Below are positions 1 through 15,833 of a stretch of 64,000 nt of DNA, one piece after another. The notes below the pieces were generated by a model that saw only the letters and a program-made list of their open reading frames with translations, was not told the DNA's origin and did not search any database. The DNA is from Macrostomum lignano (taxonomy: Eukaryota), in contig NIVC01001016.1 of NCBI GenBank assembly GCA_002269645.1, positions 315,309 to 379,308 of the forward strand. The letters are read 5' to 3'. The translations under genes and the position numbers were made by a program. Numbering within the stretch: the first letter of the stretch is position 1; the number at the start of each line of letters is the position of its first letter.

Positions 1-1261
1 TCAGTTCTCGGTGGTACTGCTACTCGTACAATTACAAATCCGTAAGCTTGAAATTTCATAGCGGATTTGCTTTCAAGACTATAACGGTCAATGAGACATC
101 AGCATTTACATGTGTACATTCATCAACGCTGGACCCAGTTGAAGACCTACATATAAGTGAGAACCTGATTGAGGACCCAATTAAGGACCGATTGAGGATC
201 CTGCAATTAAGGACCTAATTGAGGACCCAATTAAGGACCTGATTGAGGACTCAATTAAAGACGCGATTGTGGAACCGATTCCGAACTAGATTCGGGATCC
301 TGGATCTATCACCTGTTGAGGACCCGATTCAAGACCTTATTGAGGGCCCGATTTTAAGAACCCTTTTAAAAACCTGATTAAGGATTCTATTGAGGACCCG
401 GTTTAGGAACTAGTTAAAGACCCCATCAAGAACTCTAAACTAACAGAATAACTAAAGTAATGCTCTGACTCTACCTAACAAATACGAGTATGCTTTCCCA
501 CCAAAAATGTCTACAGTACAACTATGGCGGATGCGGAGACTGCACGCACTACTATCGCATCGCTTCCCTATGCACGACTTGCTCAACAGACTACTGCAAC
601 ACTCGACCGCCAACTGTGAACTGCTACCACAGCTTTGACAGTTATTTTCACTCTAGTAGAACAAAAATAAATTGCAGCACTCTCACCTGCTACGAGTACA
701 GCAACAGCGTTGGAATTACTCAAGTGAGTTCACTGGTCAGGGCCGTTTTACTGGAACTGTTACTCTCCTGTTAGACAGTGTCTCAATCATCCTGTTAGAC
801 AGTGTCTCAATCATCCTGTTAGACAGTGTCTCAATAATCCTGTTAGACAGTGTCTCAATAATCCTGTTAGACAGTGTCTCAATAATACTGTTAGACAGAG
901 TCTCAATAATCCTGTTAGACAGAGTCTCAATAATCCTGTTAGACAGAGTCTCAATAATCCTGTTAGACAGAGTCTCAATAATCCTGTTAGACAGAGTCTC
1001 AATAATCCTGTTAGACAGAGTCTCAATAATCCTGTTAGACAGTGTCACAATTAGTGTCACAACCCCATTGCGTCACCACAAAACCAGAGCCAACATTCGC
1101 CATTGCAGAGGTTCTTTGCAGGCTGCGGAGACTGCACTCGGTACCCCGACACGAACTGCCGCAGCTGCAGCACAGACTACTGCAACTCTGCCTGCAGTCT
1201 GGGGGGCTGCCAGTTCACCGTTGCTGCCGCCTCCCTGCTGGCACTGATGAAGCAGTTCTGA
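1..1261 (+). CDS. Three-finger/Ly6-uPAR-like two-domain GPI-anchored protein, paralogue 1 (5' end outside the window)
   Basis: Exons <1-41 (..SSRWYCYSYNYKS|gtaagc), 517-723 (YNYGGCGDC..CTTCSTDYCN..CYH..C..TCYEY..ITQ|gtgagt) and 1109-1261 (cattgcag|RFFAGCGDCTRYPDTNCRSCSTDYCNSACSLGGCQFTVAAASLLALMKQF*). Both introns are phase 0. CxxCxxDYCN domain ends and a hydrophobic C-terminal tail. Confidence 0.8.
160..430. repeat. Degenerate GATTGAGGAC-type intronic repeat
   Basis: Recurrent gattgaggaccc/aattaaggacc motifs in the intron of paralogue 1; related to the 5305-5830 array. Confidence 0.7.
766..1045. repeat. 24-bp intronic minisatellite (CCTGTTAGACAG(T/A)GTCTCAATAAT)
   Basis: About 11 tandem copies; explains the repetitive ORFs at 672-1247, 737-1060 and 811-1026. 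Confidence 0.95.
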
Positions 1262-1554
1262 AGCTGCGCTTCTGGAACCCCCTGAAGCAGAAATATATAC
1301 GCTCGTACTTTGCTCACTAAAAAAGCAACTTTTTAATGATTTGCTATACATGCTGCAACGAGCAGTGCGCCTCAACTTCCAGCTACGTATATATCCAACA
1401 CTAATGTGCTCTAATTTTGTTCCTCTTTAAAGCGACGCTGCTTTTTACACTTCGGTTTGCTTAGTTATTCTTGGATTGGTTATCAAATACACCGATTCAT
1501 TGCAGGCAGCCAGAAGTTTTCAATCTATAAAACACCAATCTGATTTGCCAAAAA

Positions 1555-2297
1555 TTCAGGCAGGGGATTGGGGATAAAGGATTAAGGCAGGGGATTGGGG
1601 ATTGGGGATTGAGGCAGGAGATTGGGGATTGGGGATTGAGGCAGGGGATTCAGATTGAGGATTGAGGCATGGGATTGGGGATTGGAGATTGAGGCAGGAG
1701 ATTGGGGATTGGGGATTGAGGCAGGGGATTCAGATTGAGGATTAAGGCATGGGATTGGGGATTGGAGATTGAGGCAGGAGATTGGGGACAGGGGATTGGG
1801 GACAGGGGACAGGAGATTGAGGACGGGGGATTGAGGACAGGGGATTGGGGACAGGGGATTGAGGACAGGGGATTGGGGACAGGGGATTGAGGACAGGGGA
1901 CAGGGTATTGAGGACAGGGGATTGAGGACAGGGGATTGAGGACAGGGGATTGGGGACAGGGTATTGGGGACAGGGGATTGGGGACAGGGTATTGGGGACA
2001 GGGTATTGAGGACAGGGTATTGAGGACAGGGGATTGGGGACAGGGGATTGAGGACAGGGTATTGGGGACAGGGTATTGAGGACAGGGTATTGAGGACAGG
2101 GGATTGGGGACAGGGGATTGAGGACAGGGGACAGGGGATTGAGGACAGGGGACAGGGGATTGAGGACAGGGGATTGGGGACAGGGTATTGGGGACAGGGT
2201 ATTGGGGACAGGGTATTGAGGACAGGGGATTGGGGACAGGGGATTGAGGACAGGGGATTGAGGACAGGGGATTGAGGACAGGGGACAGGGGATTGAG
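1555..2297. repeat. G-rich minisatellite, mostly 14-bp GGGGATTG(A/G)GGACA units
   Basis: Tandem array read directly; G-tracts on the + strand suggest G-quadruplex potential. Confidence 0.95.
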
Positions 2298-2877
2298 GGT
2301 AAGTAATTTGATCAGATTAGCCACCAATTTGACAGCAAGAGTTTAGACCAAAATGCGTTGCAGTGACTAACTACGCTCGTATAAACTAAGCAAGCCTCTA
2401 ATAACTGTTACAAAGCTCTGAAATGAGTCAACCAAGATAAAATATTTTGTCAACACCATTCGTAAAGTTGAATGGTTCTTTTCCTGTATTTTTTGCAAGT
2501 CCTTTACAGTTTAAATTTTTGTCAGTACAGATTCTGCTAAAAACAAATTGCGTATGTGTCTGTATGTGCCGATTTGAGTGCCCTAGTAGTCTCACAGTGG
2601 AAACTGTCTGCAAACTGCCAGCCGTACTTCAACAGTAACTAATTCCCATAACTGTTCCCATAGCAGTCTGTTTTGCTGTAAGCACACTGTATATTTTTCC
2701 TGCTATTGACAACGTTTGCGTGTTTTCGCAAACAAACGAATGTTAATTGTTATAAATATAAGAAAACTGAGAGTCTTGAAGCCTGATGCGATGAGTGGTT
2801 GTTTTTGGCTTGCGAAAATCTGCCAAGCAAAACTCAATTAGATAATTGAATTGCCATTGAAACTTCTGCGTGAACCC

Positions 2878-6777
<3,900 letters not shown>

Positions 6778-7503
6778 AGCTGCGCTTTTGAAACAAGGAC
6801 CACTAGGAACACTTTGTTATATGCTTCCTAAATTTGATTTTGATGTTTAGAGTGACATGGTTTGTCAGCATATTACATGTACCATTTGTATACATGATCC
6901 CAACACTGCTTATGAACCACTCTTTTACTATGCTAGATTTGTTAAAAGAATTTTTTGTTAAAGAGTTATTTACTTTTTCCATTTTCTTTGTTCTCTACTG
7001 TTTCGTCACTTTGCAACACTGTTCGACAGACAATAAAATTTGCTCAATACAGTTTATCATGCCTCCAATTTTGTGGTGGACAGACAGCTGTTTATAAGTT
7101 TAGATACAAGCAAATAAACTCGACACAACTCTGCTTGCTTGCTAAATTCTACTGCCACTCTCAAGCCACTTCAATTTACAGATTATAAAGAACAGAATGT
7201 TAAAACAGGAGTCTGCTTTGTGATGTTTGACTTTTTCTGCTCTCTCATTTTTTTCTGACTGGCCATCTTGTGAGAAAGATTTTAAAGGATATAGACCAAA
7301 TTATGCGGGTTCTGTGTATGATCTCCAGATTCCGATATATTTTCAGAAACGTCACTAATGAAATTCAGAGCGTATTCACAAAAAATGCACTCAAGATTTT
7401 CGGCTGCTTTATTAATTTTCATTCCTAAACTTGAAGATTTGAATCGCTACCAATCTTAATTCATCATTCGATACTCGATTCATTCATACTACCATACTTC
7501 TTA

Positions 7504-8010
7504 TTAGACAGTAGCTGTCACCTGTTAGACAGTAGCTGTCACTTGTTAGACAGTAGCTGTCACCTGTTAGACAGTAGCTGTCACCTGTTAGACAGTAGCT
7601 GTCACCTGTTAGACAGTAGCTGTCACCTGTTAGACAGTAGCTCTCTAGCAGGAGCCATAGACTAAATGGGGAGGGACGATACAGAGTTTTTAACCACTAC
7701 CATACTGCCTAACAGGTAAACTAAACTATCTAACAGGTAAACTAAACTGTCTAACAGGTAAACTAAACTGTCTAACAGGTGAACTAAACTGTCTAACAGG
7801 TAAACTAAACTGTCTAACAGGTAAACTAAACTGTCTAACAGGTAAACTAAACTGTCTAACAGGTAAACTAAACTGTCTAACAGGTAAACTTAACTATCTA
7901 ACATGTAAAATAAACTGTCTAACAGGTAAACTATACTGTCTAACAGGTAAACTAAACTGTCTAACGGGTAAACTAAACTATCTAACAGGTAGACTAGGCT
8001 GTCTAACAGT
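7504..8010. repeat. Two opposed 21-bp arrays sharing the CCTGTTAGACAG core (fold-back-like)
   Basis: 7504-7642 is (ACCTGTTAGACAGTAGCTGTC)n; 7706-8010 is (CTGTCTAACAGGTAAACTAAA)n, the reverse complement of the 6122 array type; spacer about 60 bp. Confidence 0.85.
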
Positions 8011-8367
8011 AGATAAACTCTGAAAGGACGTCTTTAGGTTTTATAGTAGGTGTAATAAAAACATAGTTTCAGTTTTAATAGGCTCATAATTTCGTCGCGT
8101 CTGTAAGCGGTTTTGAGGGTTTTGATTCCCATATAGCTTAATTAAAGCCCACCACCGGCCCATGGGGAATAGATCGGGTTTAGGGTGAGGACCTTCCCTA
8201 TAGACGCTCTAACCTCTAGGCTACAAAGCTCCATCATATTTAACACCCACTGAATGTTTGGTGAAATTTTCATTATAATAAAAATATTGGAAGTATTCTA
8301 TATACCTAAACTTGAAGAAGTTATAGTTCCAACCGAATCACACACTGATGCTGATAATACCGTAATA

Positions 8368-11197
8368 CGAGGGCTGACCCAAAAGTAGTGTTACTTTTCT
8401 TTATATCTCTCGTTCTGCTGATCCAAATAACATTATCATATATCATATATTATCATATATTAATAACATATCATTTTGCACAGATTTATAGCGGCAACTC
8501 TCTTCTTTATGTTATCTTTAGCATCATTAAAAACAGGTAATGGAAACACAAGTTATGAACTAAAATATAGCAGGACCTTGATGAGGACGCACTTTTTCCA
8601 AACCCCGCGCTAGCACATGGGCTCTAAACTTACTAGCCTACTAACAGTGGGCAGTGGGCATTTTTATCCTTTTTTCTGCGAATAGTCATATAATCTATAC
8701 TAGATATAATGTTTGGTCATACTAGTAGTCATAATAACATAGGCATAGCTTTTTGGGTCATAAATCATCGCTTTCGAAGTTGGTCTGACAGCCACCTGCG
8801 CCTCATTCAGTGTTGAGGCTGGCGCCAGATGGTCTGAGGGGATGCGAATAGTAGCTTTTTTCTCATCATTTTTGACAGGCCATCAGATTTATGAGGTCAG
8901 AGCCTTATTGTTCGGATTCACTCAAGCGTGTGACAGCTTTTACAGCTATGCGTTTTACCCCTAAAAGTACTTTGGGATTAGCGATTAGCGATTTCTCTTC
9001 ATTATCTTCACTTTCTATTTAATAAGAGCTTTCTAATGTATATTTTTTCATTAATTTCTGTCAATCCTACGCGAAAAGTCATAAATCATTTTGTTACGAT
9101 TTTGATTGATTTATGGCCGCACCTGTCATCTTTTTACGACCCTGTGGGAACTGATAGGATCTCACGGTCACGTGATTCTGGGTGGCAACAAGCTTAGCCA
9201 ATCAGAAAATTCGGCGCTCATTTTAACAAAACGGCTCAGCCAATCAGAATCGACGTGTTCCATTATAACAAACTGCGGTCCAGTTGGCGGCTATTTAAAC
9301 CGGTGTTTTTGGCCCGCTCGGACTCCAACTTGCTCGGGCCCAGCACGCAACTTATGGTTCCCGGAGCGCGACCGTCGTTTCTTGATCCCCGGATTGCGAC
9401 TTCCCCCCATCATCATCAAGGACGAATCCCCCGGTCATCAGCAGCGAACATCAAGCGAAGATCATCACCTGCTAGCTATTAGCGAAGATTGTATCAGCTT
9501 CATCCCGAGTCTACAGCTACAGAGCATCAAGCCGATTCGGTCACTGTGGATTACCTGGTCTCCGGCTGTTGAGTTTCTGATTGGTTGGGTGAGAGGCTAC
9601 CTAGACTTGCTTGATTGGGTGATCCCCTGTCTGTCCCCTGTTTCAGTAGCTGGATTAGGCGCACACTTTTGCTCATTTTGTTCAGTAGTGCTGTCGCTGA
9701 GCCAGAAGTCATTCAATAATACTGCTAGTAGTCTAAAACTCCAATTCAGTCTGAGGTGTGAAGTGATCTAAGGAGAAGGTTAAATCTGACAGTTATTTTC
9801 ATCGGTTTTATTTCTTTGTTCGCCGATGGCTCAGATGAGTAGCTAAGCTAGTAGGCGCCGGTCACAGTGGACCAATGGCAAGGCGGTTCTCAGTCGATCA
9901 AACTACCAAATCAGTGAGCAAAACTGCCAGAAGTGCAGAATCGGCGCCAGAGATGTACTTTGTGCACTCTAGGTTAGCCAAGCGGCTCGGGTAATGAATC
10001 ATGCGGTCTCTGAAGTTCGAGTTAGTCTATCATCAGCGCTAGGAGAGGCTAGTTGGCGCGTTGAAGGCCAAAAGTACATATCTTCGTATTTAGCAATGTA
10101 ATAGTACATGTAGCTACCCCATAGACTCGCCACTGCAAGAATCCCCTGCACAAGTCCCCTCTGTACCTGCATGGCCAATGCGATCTAGTCCCAGCAGTGT
10201 CCCTTATCATCGGCTATGACTTCGAGATTGACAGCAAAAAGACACTAGTTGGCAGGTAAGTGCAAAGCCCCCTCTAGTCGGAAGCCCGATTTCGAGAGCC
10301 CCGGTGTGTTGAGCCAGGCGTACGGGCTGGTTGCAGCGAGTTAGCTTAGTCTGCGGATTAGCTAATTTCTACCTTCAAAATTTTCCCTGCTTGTCTCTCG
10401 CTGTCCCTCTCTTAGCTATAGGACCTAGACTGCTCGCCACACGATCAAGCTACCATGGGGCTGACCATCTGACAGGAGTGGGGGGCCAGGACTCTAATTG
10501 ATTTATTTCTGAGACCTGAGGCCCGAAGGCTTCCCCACATAAGGGGGCCCGAAGGTCGAAACCCATCAACCTCGACAATAGACTTACAGTAATTCGACAA
10601 GCTAGAGCAAAAGTAGCGAAAATACTTTTGATTGAATATGTACTCAGACTTTTTTGTTAGGCTGCTGTGACAACGAGATATCTATGGAAAAATTGGAGAA
10701 GCATATTTTAATATAGCTTTTAAAGCAACAGAATATTTCAAACTGGGCTTCAGCTTTAGCTTCAGTAATTTCGGGATTCCCTAGGGAAATCCCAGGGACG
10801 CGAAAGACCGCTTTTATTGTGTAGAAATGCTTTTTGTTCCCCTCCTTTTGCTGCGCTAAAAGTCCCGGATGTGCATTCAAGTTTTGCTCCTCAGAGGAGT
10901 GTCCTTTGGGGCAAGAGTCCTTTGGGGGCAGTCATTTTGCAGCATTCACTGCAGTCAGTTACCCGTTTGTGAGCTACCACTTCAAAATTTCGTTAACTTG
11001 TCGACTTACTGTATAGGTCTATGGTCGAGGTCCTGCTAAATTTTAGTTCATAACTTTTGTTTCCATTGTCCGTTTTTAATGATGTTAAAGATAATATGAA
11101 GAAGAGAGTTGCCGCTATAAATATGTGCAAAATGATGTTATTTGGATCAGCACAGAACAAGAGATATAGTGAAAAGTAACACTTGGGACAGCCCTCG
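8368..11197. mobile_element. Mariner-type MITE with ~240-bp TIRs, left TIR interrupted by a 2-kb insertion
   Basis: TA|CGAGGGCTG at 8366 and CAGCCCTCG|TA at 11197-11199. Segment 8368-8578 plus 10573-10601 is the inverted copy of about 10991-11197. Confidence 0.8.
8579..10568 (+). mobile_element. 1990-bp solo-LTR-like element (copy 1, full length)
   Basis: TGATG...CATCA termini, 4-bp duplication ACCT (8575-8578 and 10569-10572), repeated CCAAT boxes and a TATA-like ctatttaaac, no real ORF, related copies at 44282 and 48609. Strand is tentative. Confidence 0.7.
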
Positions 11198-11714
11198 TAA
11201 AAGAGCTTGAACTTTTCAGGAAAGTAAAATTTTATTCCTGTGGATTTTCCTGTGTTTTGTCAAGAGGCGATGTGGAGGTGCAGCATAGGCGCAACGAAGA
11301 TCTATTTTTTTTAAAATCTAACAGATTTTCGCTTGTTTGCAGCGAAGCAGTACTGAGCCACCTACTGAGCCACCTACTGAGATCAAGTTGGTATTACATA
11401 TCGATCGTTGATCGTCTACGACAGTCTCTGTGGCTTGAGTGACATTGAGTTGTGCTCCCATGATTAAATTGACTTTGGTAACAACCCAAAGGACCACAGA
11501 TTTAAAGATAAAAGAACTATAGCTAAATTATGATAGGGACGAACTTTTTTCAAACTTATATTCAGACCTGAGAGTACTTATCTTCTTCGCTATTACTCTT
11601 AGTAGGCTAGTATAGGATTTTTCATTATTATTTTATAATTTTATGGAAAAGTCTATAGCTATTAAATAATTTGCTTTTGTCTTCCTACATTCAACTAATT
11701 AGTTTTAGTTACGA

Positions 11715-12000
11715 ATTCGATTAGCTCAGCCAATCAGAGTCGAGCTGGTCCTCTCGGGCTCGTCCAATTAGAAAATTCGATGCTCGTTGTAACAAATCTA
11801 CGGATTTACGCGCACTTCAATAGAAATCAGTGACAGCATGAGTCATCTCGACAGACACTGGCAGCTTGCAGGTACCCTGATATATTGATTAGGTATCATG
11901 AGTCACAAGTTTAATTCAATTCAGTTTGTCCAAAAACTATCTTAGTGCACCGACCCAGTTTAAAAGAAGTGTGAACTGACCATCTGACAGGAGTGGAAGG
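11715..12000. mobile_element. Short diverged fragment related to the 2-kb LTR-like family
   Basis: Shares tcagccaatcaga and ctgaccatctgacaggagtgg with 8579-10568. Confidence 0.45.
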
Positions 12001-12970
12001 GGAGAAGTGAAAATAACTTTTTCGCTATGAAGTTTAAAAATGTAGTAAAAAGAGCTCAAAAAGCCTTTCTTTCACCGATTCAATAATTATAAATAATAAA
12101 AGATTGTGCATTCTAATAAAATGGGTTATTAGATGGTAATTTAGTTCATTTGCGTTAAGTTCAATAGATTTTTATTAAGTTACACAATAACTCTGACGAA
12201 ATTTATTATCATAGAGACAAAAAAGTTTTCTTCTGTTTTGAAAAATTAGTCAACTGTTAACTTTATTCAAACTAAAATAAATCGGTTAACAAGTTTTTTA
12301 TAGCTGCATAATATAATTAAATAGATTTTGTAACTTCTTAACTTCAGTTTAGTTTGCAGGACAAGAAACTTAGAAACAAAATTATTCGTTTACGTTTAGT
12401 AATTCGTTTAGTTCCCTTTGCTTTTTAACACAATCTAGTAAAATAAAATTTAAAATTGATAGCGTTAATTAATTAGACTTCCGAAAAAATATAAGAGAAT
12501 TAAAACAAACAAAAAAACAGTTACTGCACTTGACACAATTTCTAATGAATTATAAAAGACAAATAGATTTTTTATTAAAGAAAACAACAAAAAGAGGGAA
12601 AAAGCGTTTAAAGAAAGCATTTAAGATAGTTAAAAAGCTATCTACTCTTTGCGTGTACGTGTATAAAATGTGATGTTCTCTACCTTGCAACATAGTATAA
12701 AATAATTAGAAGATTGAATTGAATATTTACGGCGCTTATAGAGGAACAAAATACAGAAAAATATTCTACTTATTACATTAGCTCGTATATCTTTAATAAC
12801 AAATTAAACATGACAAAAACTGTCTCGTCTCGATATGACAACCAAAATCTCAGCTATAGGTATCGGATCTCGGATGAGCTGTAACTACGCCAATAATAAA
12901 ACAATTTACCCCAAATGACACCGTCCTAAACTAACCCAAACCATCTGAAATGAAAATTACACACACATAC

Positions 12971-13920
12971 ACACCGTCCCAACTGAACCAGAAGCGTCTC
13001 AAATGAAAATGACACCACACCGTCCCAAATGAACCAGAAGCGTCTCAAATGAAAATGACACCACACCGTCCCAACTGAACCAGAAGCGTCTCAAATGAAA
13101 ATGACACCACATCGTCCCAAGTGAACCAGAAGCGTCTCAAATGAAAATGACACCACACCGTCCCAAATGAACCAGAAGCGTCTCAAATGAAAATGACACC
13201 ACACCGTCCCAACTGAACCAGAAGCGTCTCAAATGAAAATGACACCACATCGTCCCAAGTGAACCAGAAGCGTCTCAAATGAAAATGACACCATAACGTC
13301 CCAACTGAACCAGAAGCGTCTCAAATGAAAATGACACCATAACGTCCCAACTGAACCAGAAGCGTCTCAAATGAAAATGACACCATAACGTCCCAACTGA
13401 ACCAGAAGCGTCTCAAATGAAAATGACACCATAACGTCCCAACTGAACCAGAAGCGTCTCAAATGAAAATGACACCATAACGTCCCAACTGAACCAGAAG
13501 CGTCTCAAATGAAAATGACACCACACCGTCCCAACTGAACCAGAAGCGTCTCAAATGAAAATGACACCATAACGTCCCAACTGAACCAGAAGCGTCTCAA
13601 ATGAAAATGACATCACACCGTCCCAACTGAACCAGAAGCGTCTCAAATGAAAATGACATCACACCGTCCCAACTGAACCAGAAGCGTCTCAAATGAAAAT
13701 GACATCACACCGTCCCAACTGAACCAAAAGCGTCTCAAATGAAAATGACACCACACCGTCCCAACTGAACCAGAAGCGTCTCAAATGAAAATGACATCAC
13801 ACCGTCCCAACTGAACCAAAAGCGTCTCAAATGAAAATGACACCACACCGTCCCAACTGAACCAGAAGCGTCTCAAATGAAAATGACACCACACCGTCTC
13901 AAATAAAAACGACACCACAC
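12971..13920. repeat. 46-bp minisatellite (CCGTCCCAACTGAACCAGAAGCGTCTCAAATGAAAATGACACCACA)
   Basis: About 20 head-to-tail copies with no spacers, just 3' of the fibrinogen-domain gene. Confidence 0.95.
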
Positions 13921-14000
13921 TGTCCAAATGGTCTCATCTAATAAAACGTGAAACGACTCAACACTCGCTCTGCATGGTTCGTACGAGCGTAGCTACAAAC

Positions 14001-15833
14001 TCAAATCTCCACCATGAGTCGAATGCTTTTCAACGCCTTTTTCTTGTCAGCGTCCCAATAGTGCATGGCCGAATTGCTGTTAAACTCAGCCGAGTAGATC
14101 CCGTTAGGGTTGCTGTCGGAGCACTGCTCGAACCACCAGCCGGCATAGCCGTAGGACTCTCGGGAGCAACTGTCCGAATTGTCATCGTTGTCCCTATCCA
14201 GAGTAGAGAATTTCATTCCCTTATTGATGCTGAGCGAATCTCCGCTGGTGTTGGAGCTTCCAGACAAATACGAATTGAATGTCATCAAGTAATTTGTTGA
14301 CGCGTCGCCAACTGAGAAGTCGGAGTACTCGGCAACGTAGAGCTTGTTCTCGCGAGTTACAGCCTCAATACGGAGGCGTCGCGGCGTGTTTCCAGTCAGT
14401 TCGTTGATTTTGCGCAATCCTTGAAATACAAAAATTGGCTGATCGGTTTATTTAAGCCTTCGAGGGTTTTTCGTGCGACTCACAGCCAAGAGGGCCAACC
14501 CCCCAAGGCACAGGCTCACTAGTCACTAGACTAAATCAGCTATTTAAAAACATTTTTATAGACTCATTACCAATCCAAAAGTCTTTGTCATCGCCGAATC
14601 CGTTTTCGTAGTCGGCCCAGCACTGAGCAAAGCTCAAAAAGCCTTTAGATCGTTGTTGGATAACTTGAAACTTGCGACTGCCAACGCTGGCGTACACATC
14701 TGCGGCATGGATTGCGTGAAGTGATTAATAAGTTATAGTTATACACAAATGCACTGCATTTAATACTGTAGCTATTGATGTTCTCTGTTGCGAACTGGAC
14801 CTGGTCATCTTAATTGAACACTTCACCGACTGAGCTTAAGTCTAATCGAGCATCTAATTTACAGGCAGGGCCTGTGTGCAGCCTGGCGCACTTTGAGCGA
14901 CATTGTCACACAACCGGCGAGAGGCATTACTGCCCATTCCGCAGACTCCCCTGAGCAGGCACACAAGCGCGCGGATACGTACTTAGACATACGCACAGGC
15001 ACACACTCACACAGGAGTGTACAGCGGCCCTAACTATTTATTTATAGTTAGACATGTACACTTCACTGTGCCTTGGGGGTTGGTTCTCAAGGTAGTTAAT
15101 TGCACTATCAAGCCTGGGCCACAGACATATCAGAGCGCAGCGCTAGACCACTGGGCTACGGTCCACTGACACGGTCCACTGACACGGTCCACTGACACGG
15201 TCCACTGACTGATTTGCTTTTGGCAAATCCACCAAAGTATCTTCCAATAAGAACTCACTAAAATCGGGCTTGCTCAGACGTTTCCTGTACACGAAACTCG
15301 ACGGTGCAGTGATGTCAAATCTGGCGCACCAAGTTGCCGAAAAGACGCAGCGGTTGAGATCCTGCCTAAAGGCGGTGGCGTAGCAGTTGACAGAGGCGCT
15401 GAATTTGCATCGCATCAGGCACTCAGCGACGGTGCGACCGTTCGAGAAGGTATACTCAGCGTATGCCGTCGAGATGGGAGGGTCACGGATGTAAACTGAA
15501 AATTTTCCAATGATATTCTCTGCGTTTTAGGCTTTGGCATTTTAATATAGGAAATTTTTCCCATCCTAGCTCAAAAAGGTGATACGAGTGTCCAACAGAT
15601 CATTTAGATGCCTAACAAATGATTCAGGTGTCTAACAGATTATTGTAGTGTCCAACAGACAGATTATACGGGTGTCTAACAGATGCTACGGAATCATTTT
15701 AGACGCAATGATAATTAGAACACCACTTACAATTGAAGTCAGTGTAGCCGGTCTGAGTCGCGATCACCCAAGGCAAGCAGCAGCCAGCGCAAGTCAGCAG
15801 TGTCGCAACAGCTCTAAAAGCAGAAGATGACAT
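14001..15833 (-). CDS. Secreted PAN/apple + fibrinogen-related domain (FReD) protein, 295 aa predicted
   Basis: Exons 15833-15731 (signal peptide MSSSAFRAVATLLTCAGCCLPWVIA), 15495-15259 (ECLMRC..NCYATAF..NRCVF, apple-like), 14699-14571 (FQVIQQRSKG..WADYENGFG..FWIG) and 14419-14001 (KFSTLDRDND..GWWF..CSDSNPNG). All introns phase 1, 888 nt in frame. Confidence 0.88.
14955..15125. mobile_element. Short interspersed repeat family member
   Basis: Inverted or partial relatives at about 14480-14520, 21450-21520, 36165-36320, 41810-41890 and 46830-46910 (gtgccttgggggttgg core). Class not determined. Confidence 0.55.

Noticed and set aside
10500-10568. Hammerhead-ribozyme-like motifs (CTGA..GGCCCGAAGG..GGTCGAAAC) at the end of the 2-kb element
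   Set aside because: A stem-II-like hairpin and GAAAC are present, but no contiguous CUGANGA core precedes them and I could not build stems I and III.
12971-13920. CRISPR-like regular array
   Set aside because: Units are head-to-tail with no unique spacers, there are no cas genes, and the context is eukaryotic; it is a 46-bp minisatellite.
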